From Candidatus Micrarchaeota archaeon (GTDB lineage: Archaea; Micrarchaeota; Micrarchaeia; Anstonellales; J096), in NCBI GenBank assembly GCA_013153395.1, contig JAADEL010000030.1, positions 1 to 45,882 of the forward strand: 45,882 nt of DNA, given 5' to 3'. Positions 34,825-42,222 of this stretch are shown here, piece after piece (within the stretch, counting starts at the first letter, position 1; each line of letters opens with the position of its first letter). A program made the translations under genes and the position numbers. The notes under the pieces are model-generated. The model did no database searches. It was not told the origin of the DNA and worked only from the letters and a program-made list of their open reading frames with translations.

Positions 34825-35399
34825 GCTTCAAACTTCTTTACAACCACAGTCTCCACAGGATTCACTTTGTTTACTTCCTTGAACACATCTGCTACCAACG
34901 TTCCCTTTACTACTGCATTCACAAAGTCAGGATATCTCATCTTCTTTACCCTGTCCACAATAGCACTCTCAAAGGCCTTTCTGAGGTTGCTCTTCACAGT
35001 GTGAGAGACCTTTTTCAAGGTAACCAACATCGCCTTTACTCTTACCTTCTTTCCATCTTTGAGCACAATATCCAATACGCTGTGGATCACGCTCCTTCTT
35101 TTCCTAGCCAAAGACTTCAGATAAGAAAAGGCCATCTCATAGCCATCTACTTCAGTAACCACCTTAGAGCCATCTACTCGAGTAGCCCTTAGGTTGACAG
35201 AGGCATATACCGCCTCTGGGGAAAACGAACCTGTAATATCGGAGATAGGTACCTTAATCCTTCGACCTGGAATATTCTCAGGATCATGGGAGATAATCTC
35301 TCCAATCTCCTTATCGCCAAGGTAATCGGGAGTAACCACCATATACCAGCGCTTAAGCTTCCACTTATCGCTCTTACGGGTTCTTGTCTTAGTTGCCAT
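34821..35399 (-). CDS. rps3ae: 30S ribosomal protein eS1 (S3Ae)
   Basis: DKWKLKRWY, GRR, YLKSLARKRRS motifs. Confidence 0.93.
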   Translation of the reverse strand: MATKTRTRKSDKWKLKRWYMVVTPDYLGDKEIGEIISHDPENIPGRRIKVPISDITGSFSPEAVYASVNLRATRVDGSKVVTEVDGYEMAFSYLKSLARKRRSVIHSVLDIVLKDGKKVRVKAMLVTLKKVSHTVKSNLRKAFESAIVDRVKKMRYPDFVNAVVKGTLVADVFKEVNKVNPVETVVVKKFEA

Positions 35400-35400
35400 T

Positions 35401-35853
35401 TTATCTCACCAACAAAGCCGCACTCTCAGGAGAATACTTCCACTTAGGGTCAAGCACTCCCTTTTTCTTATAATATTTGGCTAGACGGTTGATCTTGGAG
35501 ACGATGTGCTGGTACTTTACGCGGTTGTGGATGTCTTTTTTGTTTCTTTGGAGATGATTGTGCATGCGAACAGCCTTTCTTAGCAAGGAGAGAAGGTCCT
35601 CAGGCATTTTTAAGAGGCCCTCTCGCCTTAGGATAGCATAAAGCTTCTTCTTAAAGGTAGCGCGGATAGAAGGAACTCCGTAAATATCCCTTAATAACAT
35701 ACCAATTTGAGAAGGAGGCATTCCTTGCCTTGCGTGCTTTAATATAATCTGCTCAACTTCCTCAGGGGAGAGCTCCTGCCACTCAGGCATCTCCCAGCGC
35801 TTTGGATGCCTTGACCTACTTCGACCGTGTTTCTTTGAATGTAATCGGGCCAA
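35401..35853 (-). CDS. rps15: 30S ribosomal protein uS15 (TTG start)
   Basis: ARLHSKKHGRSRS, PSQIGMLLRD, PEDL, SKINRLAKYY motifs; SD GAGGTGA before TTG. Confidence 0.96.
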   Translation of the reverse strand: MARLHSKKHGRSRSRHPKRWEMPEWQELSPEEVEQIILKHARQGMPPSQIGMLLRDIYGVPSIRATFKKKLYAILRREGLLKMPEDLLSLLRKAVRMHNHLQRNKKDIHNRVKYQHIVSKINRLAKYYKKKGVLDPKWKYSPESAALLVR

Positions 35854-35897
35854 TGTTTCACCTCAACTCTATTTTTTGAGCATACTTTTTTAAAGCT

Positions 35898-36632
35898 TCA
35901 CCTAATGTAGGGTGAGGTGCTCTCTTTTTCTTTATCCTCTACCTCTAACTTGATCCTCTCCATAACTTCCTTTGTTTCATTAATCTTTTTCTCGATATCC
36001 TGAAGGTTGACAGGCAAACCGAACACATCTCTCAAGATGGTGATAGCTTCTTGGAGGGCAAGCAAATCATACACTCCTCCTGGCGTTGTCATAAGCAAAA
36101 CCATGGCAGGGATTTTATAATACTTTGCCACCACTGGAATCAACCCCGCCAATCCCACGATAATCCCTCTTGCCTTGCCCACCTCTCCTTTGCCTTTCCA
36201 CTCTTCCTTCCACTTTTGGAGCATCTGCTTGTTGTTGGCTACAATGTAGGCCTTATTAGCCTCTGCACTATCCCTTACCACATATCCTCCTACCGTAATG
36301 ATATATTCAATCTTGAGTTTCTTAAGGGTCTCAACTATCTTATAGGAAAGCTCATACTGCCCTACGCTTTCATTAGGCTGATAATCACCTACCACAAACA
36401 ATATATCCTTATAACGATAGAGGGTGACGCGGGTAGGTCGGAGAAGTCCGCTCTTGAGCATGACAGCCTGATGGGGATAATAAGGAGAGATAATCTCTCC
36501 AATCTTCTCTGCCTTAAGCTGCCTTACCATCATCCTTACGCTAGCCAAGCCTATCATTCCCACTCCTGGAAAACCTATGATAGCTACCTTGAGCTTTCGA
36601 GGTCTTTTTTTAAGATATACCTGAGATTCCAT
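35898..36632 (-). CDS. PAC2 family (proteasome assembly chaperone-like) protein
   Basis: GFPGVGMIG, GDYQP, TVGGY, IVGLAGL motifs. Confidence 0.88.
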   Translation of the reverse strand: MESQVYLKKRPRKLKVAIIGFPGVGMIGLASVRMMVRQLKAEKIGEIISPYYPHQAVMLKSGLLRPTRVTLYRYKDILFVVGDYQPNESVGQYELSYKIVETLKKLKIEYIITVGGYVVRDSAEANKAYIVANNKQMLQKWKEEWKGKGEVGKARGIIVGLAGLIPVVAKYYKIPAMVLLMTTPGGVYDLLALQEAITILRDVFGLPVNLQDIEKKINETKEVMERIKLEVEDKEKESTSPYIR

Positions 36633-36654
36633 GTGCTAAAGTTAGCTTAGGATA

Positions 36655-36662
36655 TTTATAAA
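36655..36662. promoter_or_regulatory. Shared palindromic TATA box (TTTATAAA), PAC2 / pilin-like
   Basis: 22 and 21 nt from the two start codons. Confidence 0.72.
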
Positions 36663-36683
36663 GCTTTTTATGGAAGTATAGTT

Positions 36684-36995
36684 GTGAAGGGCCAACTCTC
36701 GTTAGAGGCCTTACTTCTTACCCTTTTTCAGATTGTTTCATTGGCCTTGATAGTAGGTGTGAGCTTCCTCTTTCTCCAAGCAACCGACAAGATGGTGGAA
36801 AAATATAATTACCTCAAAGAACATCATTGGTTGTTGGAGGTGGCCAAGGAGGTATGCGTATTAGGAGATGGGCAGAGAAGACCTGTGAGATTGAGATTTG
36901 CCCACAACATCTCTACCGAGTGTGGTGAGCTTAGCCTAGGTCCAGGAAGCTATGTGCTCGAAAACCAGCAAGGAACCCTTAGAGCTTTCCAATAA
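36684..36995 (+). CDS. Type IV pilin-like protein (class III signal peptide)
   Basis: MKG|QLSLE followed by a hydrophobic helix (Q+1, E+5). Confidence 0.8.
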   Translation: MKGQLSLEALLLTLFQIVSLALIVGVSFLFLQATDKMVEKYNYLKEHHWLLEVAKEVCVLGDGQRRPVRLRFAHNISTECGELSLGPGSYVLENQQGTLRAFQ

Positions 36996-37761
36996 CCTTC
37001 TCCCATAGCTTCTCAGAGGGCATCACACTTTCTAGGTATCCCTTGGCCAACAAAGATATCCCTTCTTGAGGTGTGAGCCCCCGGGTTTGAAGGTAAAAAA
37101 TCATGTCCTCAGGTACCTTGGAAATAGAGGAAGAATGGCTGGCCCTCACTTGGTTGTTCTTTATTCTCAGGGCGGGCCAGGTAAAGGCATGGGAATCCTC
37201 ATCCAACAGGATTACATGTTGTTCGAGATAGGAGTTGGTATCAGAGGCCTCAGGTCCGATATCTATCAATCCTCGTATCTGGGCATGGGAGCCTTTGTTG
37301 AGCAATGCCCTGACATGAGAATAGGATTTTCCATGAGGTTGGGCATGGAGGAGGGTGCTTTCCCATCTTATGGTTTCCTCCTTAAGAAAGGCAATTCCCC
37401 TTTCTTCTAGTTCTCCCTCCAGGGAGTAATGGGAATAGAGTTCGCTCTCTCCCAGCACCAACGTTCCCCATCTTACCTTTCCTTTGGACCTTACTTCTCG
37501 CTTTAGATAGGTGTAGTTTTCTGGTTTTACCACGCTGAAAATGTGGAAATCCCCTTCTATTTCCCAGCTTTCCTTTACCATGCTTTCCAGATAATAAACC
37601 CACAATGTTCCCTTTCCCTTTAGTTTCCATCTTACCTTGTGGGTGCCCACAAACACCTTTTCATAATCGCCTGTGATTACCTCCTCATCCTCTATACCCA
37701 CCTCCTCAATATAGGCATCAGGGCTCTCCGCCTCCTTTAAAAGATACTTGTAGTTTTTCAT
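36979..37761 (-). CDS. sufD: SufD-like Fe-S assembly protein (short)
   Basis: PALRIKNNQVRASH, FYLQTRG, LLAKGY motifs; ATGA-coupled to sufB. Confidence 0.85.
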   Translation of the reverse strand: MKNYKYLLKEAESPDAYIEEVGIEDEEVITGDYEKVFVGTHKVRWKLKGKGTLWVYYLESMVKESWEIEGDFHIFSVVKPENYTYLKREVRSKGKVRWGTLVLGESELYSHYSLEGELEERGIAFLKEETIRWESTLLHAQPHGKSYSHVRALLNKGSHAQIRGLIDIGPEASDTNSYLEQHVILLDEDSHAFTWPALRIKNNQVRASHSSSISKVPEDMIFYLQTRGLTPQEGISLLAKGYLESVMPSEKLWEKVIGKL

Positions 37762-39101
37762 CCTATCGAACCCTCCATCTCTAGCTTTATCAGCCTATTG
37801 AGTTCCACCGCATACTCCAGAGGTATTTCTTTTATGAATTCTTCCACAAACCCCATCACTATCATCGTTTTGGCAGTCTCCTCATCAAATCCTCGGGACA
37901 TAAGATAGAAAAGTTGCTCTTCCTCTATCTTTCCTACTGTGGCTTCATGAGTGATCTGGGTATCCTTTTCATGGATATCGATGTTGGGATAGGTATCGGT
38001 GCGAGACTCCTTGTCCAACAGAAGAGCATCACAATTTACCGAGACCTTGGCATGTTTTGCTCCTTTTGCCACCTTTATCCAGCCTCTGTATTTGGAGATC
38101 CCGCTTCCCATGGAGATGCTCTTTGAGATTATGGTTGAGGAAGTATGAGGTGCTAGATGGATGGCCTTTCCTCCTGAATCTATAAGCTGTCCTGAAGAAG
38201 CAGAGGCAATAGAAAGGATTTTGGCCTTGGCATAAGGTTCTTTGAGGATGATTCCCGGGTATTTGTAGGTGACCTTGGAGCCCATATTTCCGTCCAACCA
38301 CTCTATATAGGCTCCTTCATAGGCCATTCCCCTTTTTGTTACCAGGTTGTAGACATTCTTGCTCCAGTTTTGGACAGTGGTATATCGCACCCGAGAGCGT
38401 TTATGGGCAAAGACCTCTACTACGGCGGCGTGTAATGAAGCCTTGCTGTAAATAGGGGCAGAACATCCCTCTACATAGGAGACCTCGGCATCCTCCTCTA
38501 CGATAATAAGCGTTCTCTCAAACTGCCCGAGCGATTGCATCTGGATGCGGAAGTAGGCCTGCAGGATGCGGTCTACCTTTACTCCCTTGGGAACATAGAG
38601 AAAGACCCCTCCTGACCAAAAGGCGGTGTTCAATGCAGCAAACTTATTATCATTTATGGGAACGAGCTTGGCAAAGTATTTTCTCACAAGCTCAGGATAT
38701 TTCTGGACTGCTTCATCCAGGCTTATGAAGATTACCCCTTTCTCCGCCAGATATTGTTCCACTTTCTCATAAAGTACCGAACTCTCAAACTGGGCGGTTA
38801 CCCCTGCCAGGTATTTTTTCTCCGCCTCTGGGATACCTAGTTGATCATATATTTTTCTTATGTCCTCGGGAAGCTCCTCCCAACTCTGGGCCTTTTCCGC
38901 CTTAGGCTTCAGATAGTAGATAATTTCATCGTAGTTGAGGTCCTCTAAGCCCTCTACCCAAGGTGGAAGCTCCAGCTTCTTGAACCACTCAAAGGCCTTT
39001 AGCCTGAGCTCGAGCATCCATTCAGGCTCGTTCTTTTGCTTGCTCAGGTAGCGGACTGCCTCCTCGGAAAGTCCCTTGTCCCAGATGGCCTCGTAATCCA
39101 T
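37758..39101 (-). CDS. sufB: Fe-S cluster assembly protein SufB
   Basis: EPEWMLELRL, GQFERTLII, YVEGCSAP, LHAAVVE, CDALL, HEATVG, FYLMSRG motifs. Confidence 0.97.
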   Translation of the reverse strand: MDYEAIWDKGLSEEAVRYLSKQKNEPEWMLELRLKAFEWFKKLELPPWVEGLEDLNYDEIIYYLKPKAEKAQSWEELPEDIRKIYDQLGIPEAEKKYLAGVTAQFESSVLYEKVEQYLAEKGVIFISLDEAVQKYPELVRKYFAKLVPINDNKFAALNTAFWSGGVFLYVPKGVKVDRILQAYFRIQMQSLGQFERTLIIVEEDAEVSYVEGCSAPIYSKASLHAAVVEVFAHKRSRVRYTTVQNWSKNVYNLVTKRGMAYEGAYIEWLDGNMGSKVTYKYPGIILKEPYAKAKILSIASASSGQLIDSGGKAIHLAPHTSSTIISKSISMGSGISKYRGWIKVAKGAKHAKVSVNCDALLLDKESRTDTYPNIDIHEKDTQITHEATVGKIEEEQLFYLMSRGFDEETAKTMIVMGFVEEFIKEIPLEYAVELNRLIKLEMEGSIG

Positions 39102-40261
39102 TATACCCGCCTAAAGATATGGACCACCGCGGTTGCTCCTGAACCTCCTACGTTATGGGTAAGTCCATATTGAGCGTCCTTTACTTGTCTCTCCCCTGCC
39201 TTTCCTCGGAGCTGAGTAACTATTTCATAGGCCTGCTTGAGGCCGGTTGCTCCCACAGGATGGCCTGCCGCCTTCAATCCTCCCGAAGTATTTACCACCA
39301 CCTTTCCTCCGAAGGTGGTAAGCCCTTCTCGGGCCGCCTTTGCTCCCTCTCCGTACTTGAAAAAGCCTAGGCCCTCTATGGCAAGCACCTCACCCACCGT
39401 AAAGGCATCATGCACCTCGGCCACATCTATATCCTCTGGCCCTATGTTGGCTTGTTTGTAGGCCTGCTGGGCAGCAATCTCGGTTGCTTTTACCCTGGTT
39501 AAGTATTCTCGATCGTGGAGGGCAATGGTGTCGGAGGCTTGACCTGAGGCCACAATCTCCACAGGGTCTGAGGTATAAGAATAAGCCTCATCCAAAGGTG
39601 CCAATATCAACACAGCGGCTCCATCGGTAATAGGAGAGGCATCAAACACCTTTATAGGAGTGGCAATATACTTGGACTTCATCACGGTTTCAAGGGTAAT
39701 CTCCCTTGGGAATTGGGCATAAGGAACCTTGGTAGCATGCTTGTGGTTTTTTACAGCCACCCATGCAAAATCTTCCTCGGTAGCTCCGTGCTCTAGCATA
39801 TAGGCCCTCATCATAAGGGCATAGAGTGAAGGAAAGGTAGCACCTACAAAGCCTTCCCATTCTCGATCTCCGGCTGCTGCCAATATCTCAGTCACGGTTT
39901 CGGTGTCAAGGTCGGTCATCTTCTCCACACCTGCAGCAACCACAAAGTCATGCTGGCCCGAGGCAACCGAGAGATAGGCCTGCCTCAAGGCAATACCACC
40001 AGAGGCACAGGCCGCCTCTACCCTAGTAACAGGAAGGGGATTTAGTCCCATGTGGTCGGCAAGCAATGCTCCCAAGTGCTCCTGAGAGGCAAAGGATCCT
40101 CCGGCCATGTTTCCTACAAAACCCGCATCCAGGCGCTCTCCCTCTATACCTGCATCCTCAATGGCCTTTATTCCAGCCTCTAATGCTAGCTCTCTGAGAT
40201 CTTTTCCCCAATGCTCTCCAAATTTCGTAATCCCAATACCGATAACAGCAACCCTTCTCAT
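39101..40261 (-). CDS. Archaeal thiolase (acetyl-CoA C-acetyltransferase)
   Basis: VEAACASGG, KNH, DGAA, AEVHDAF, SGGLKAAGHPVGATG, HNVGG motifs. Confidence 0.93.
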   Translation of the reverse strand: MRRVAVIGIGITKFGEHWGKDLRELALEAGIKAIEDAGIEGERLDAGFVGNMAGGSFASQEHLGALLADHMGLNPLPVTRVEAACASGGIALRQAYLSVASGQHDFVVAAGVEKMTDLDTETVTEILAAAGDREWEGFVGATFPSLYALMMRAYMLEHGATEEDFAWVAVKNHKHATKVPYAQFPREITLETVMKSKYIATPIKVFDASPITDGAAVLILAPLDEAYSYTSDPVEIVASGQASDTIALHDREYLTRVKATEIAAQQAYKQANIGPEDIDVAEVHDAFTVGEVLAIEGLGFFKYGEGAKAAREGLTTFGGKVVVNTSGGLKAAGHPVGATGLKQAYEIVTQLRGKAGERQVKDAQYGLTHNVGGSGATAVVHIFRRV

Positions 40262-40286
40262 GATGCTTTCATATCTTCCTTAATGA

Positions 40287-40907
40287 TTAAAAATCTAAAG
40301 TGAAATCTAGGGCTGTTATTATTTTATCTCTTTCCTCAGGTGGGAGTCGGTAGAATGCTCGAAAGGCATCGTAAAGGGACTCTAAAGCGGCCGGGATATT
40401 GGGGGCATCCACAAACACCACAGCTCCTCTTAATCTCTCTATATCTTGGACCACTGCTCTCATAAACTGGGCGGTGGGCTCAGTAAGCAAGGCACGGGCA
40501 TATCTTTTTCTTGTTATTATAGTACCATGGACGTAGGCAGAGGGCAAAAAGGCAAATCCCCAGAAAAGGCTGCCTAGGCCCACCAGCTCTCCAGGAGCGA
40601 GTACCGCATGCACACCGAAGTGAAGCAAGGTAAGCCCACATATCCCTCCTGTAATAAACTGCCTAGGCCAGTAGTAGGCGTTAAGCTTCTTCCAAAGAGG
40701 CTCTAGTCCAAACCTCACTTCCCTTTTCTTCTCCGGATGGATGGTGACATAAACAGGAGAAGTACGTTCCAGTATGCGATTAACCTCCTCTCTCACCTCT
40801 CCCACAAAAAAGGAGGTACCTGCCCGTTTTGGAGCGGCAAAGAGATAGAGTGGACGATTATTTTTGTATCCTACAACGTAGGACCTCAATTCCAACGGAA
40901 CGGCCAT
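40287..40907 (-). CDS. Hypothetical membrane protein, possible degenerate TraB/GumN-like fold
   Basis: ATG 40907 is 20 nt from a TATA shared with aspS; central TM hairpin; N- and C-terminal patterns resemble TraB. Confidence 0.6.
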   Translation of the reverse strand: MAVPLELRSYVVGYKNNRPLYLFAAPKRAGTSFFVGEVREEVNRILERTSPVYVTIHPEKKREVRFGLEPLWKKLNAYYWPRQFITGGICGLTLLHFGVHAVLAPGELVGLGSLFWGFAFLPSAYVHGTIITRKRYARALLTEPTAQFMRAVVQDIERLRGAVVFVDAPNIPAALESLYDAFRAFYRLPPEERDKIITALDFTLDF

Positions 40908-40927
40908 ATTTAAATACACCTTAAATC

Positions 40928-40935
40928 CTTATAAA
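40928..40935. promoter_or_regulatory. Shared TATA box (CTTATAAA), TraB-like / aspS
   Basis: 20 and 22 nt from the two start codons. Confidence 0.68.
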
Positions 40936-40957
40936 GGGATTCCCTCTTTATGTTAGC

Positions 40958-42190
40958 ATGATTAAATCTGTAAAACCTGGTCAGGAGGTTACCCTCTATG
41001 GCTATGTCCATGAGTTTAGGGACCTGGGAAAGATCAAGTTTATCCAGTTAAGGGATAGGACAGGAACCATTCAAGTAACCGTGAAGAATCAGCCTGACCT
41101 TGAACTAAATCGTGAAGATGTGGTAAAGGTAAAGGGAAAGGTGCAAGAATCTAATATAGCAAAAGCAGGTATTGAGGTTATTTCAGAGAAGGTAGAGGTA
41201 CTCTCCAAGGTAAAGAAAAAGCTCCCGGTAGACCCTACCGGAGTGGTCCCTAGTGAATTGGATACCCGCTTAAAATACCGAGTTTTGGATCTAAGAAAGC
41301 CGGAGATAAGGAGAATATTCGAGGCAAAAAGCCATCTTGCCTTTGCCTTCCGAGATTATCTCTACCACCGCGGGTTTATTGAGATACATACAAGCTCTAT
41401 TGTGGCGGCTGCTACTGAAGGAGGTGCAGAGCTATTTGAGGTCCAGTATTTTGAGAAAAAGGCTTATTTGGCCCAGTCTCCCCAGCTCTATAAGCAGATT
41501 GCGGTAGTGGGAGGATTGGAGAAGGTTTATCTTACAACTCCTATCTTCAGGGCCGAGAAGCACAACACCATCTACCATCTTAACGAGGCTATCTCTCTCG
41601 ATGTGGAGATGGCCTTTATTGAGGACCATCATGATGTAATAAAGGTGCTCAAGGACGTTTTCAAGCACATGATTAACTATACAGCTGAGAAGATGGGAAT
41701 GCCCGAGAACAAAATCAACGAAATCAAAACCTATACTTATACAGAGGCTGTGGATATGTTGAACAAGCATGGAACCAAAATAGAATGGGGAGAGGATTTC
41801 TCCAAAGAACACGAGAAAGCCCTTTACGAGATACTAAAAGAGGATGCCTATGTTATCACGGATTTCCCGGCTGATATTAGAGCATTCTATACCATGAGAG
41901 ATCCTGAGGACCCCCGCATCGGTAGGTCCTTTGACCTTTTCTATAGAGGATTGGAGGTTTCCTCAGGTGCTCAGCGTATCCATATCCCTGAGGTGCTGGA
42001 GGAGGAGCTCCGCAAGAGAGGGTTGGACCCGCTGGACTTTGAATTCTATATCGAGGCCTTTAGGTATGGAGCACCACCTCACGGAGGATTTGGTATGGGG
42101 CTGGAAAGGGTAACGATGAAGTTCATGAACCTTAACAACATCAGAGAGGCTATGTTGTTCCCTCGAGACAGGACCAGGGTAACGCCATAA
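40958..42190 (+). CDS. aspS: Aspartyl-tRNA synthetase (archaeal type)
   Basis: RDLGKIKF, ATEGG, LAQSPQLYKQ, FRAE, PPHGGFGMGLER, FPRD motifs. Confidence 0.97.
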   Translation: MIKSVKPGQEVTLYGYVHEFRDLGKIKFIQLRDRTGTIQVTVKNQPDLELNREDVVKVKGKVQESNIAKAGIEVISEKVEVLSKVKKKLPVDPTGVVPSELDTRLKYRVLDLRKPEIRRIFEAKSHLAFAFRDYLYHRGFIEIHTSSIVAAATEGGAELFEVQYFEKKAYLAQSPQLYKQIAVVGGLEKVYLTTPIFRAEKHNTIYHLNEAISLDVEMAFIEDHHDVIKVLKDVFKHMINYTAEKMGMPENKINEIKTYTYTEAVDMLNKHGTKIEWGEDFSKEHEKALYEILKEDAYVITDFPADIRAFYTMRDPEDPRIGRSFDLFYRGLEVSSGAQRIHIPEVLEEELRKRGLDPLDFEFYIEAFRYGAPPHGGFGMGLERVTMKFMNLNNIREAMLFPRDRTRVTP

Positions 42191-42222
42191 TGCTTTAAAA
42201 CCCAAAACACAATATTTAGCCT

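Noticed and set aside
35898..35915. HbYX proteasome-activating tail on the PAC2 protein
   Set aside because: The protein ends PYIR, so Tyr is third from last rather than penultimate.
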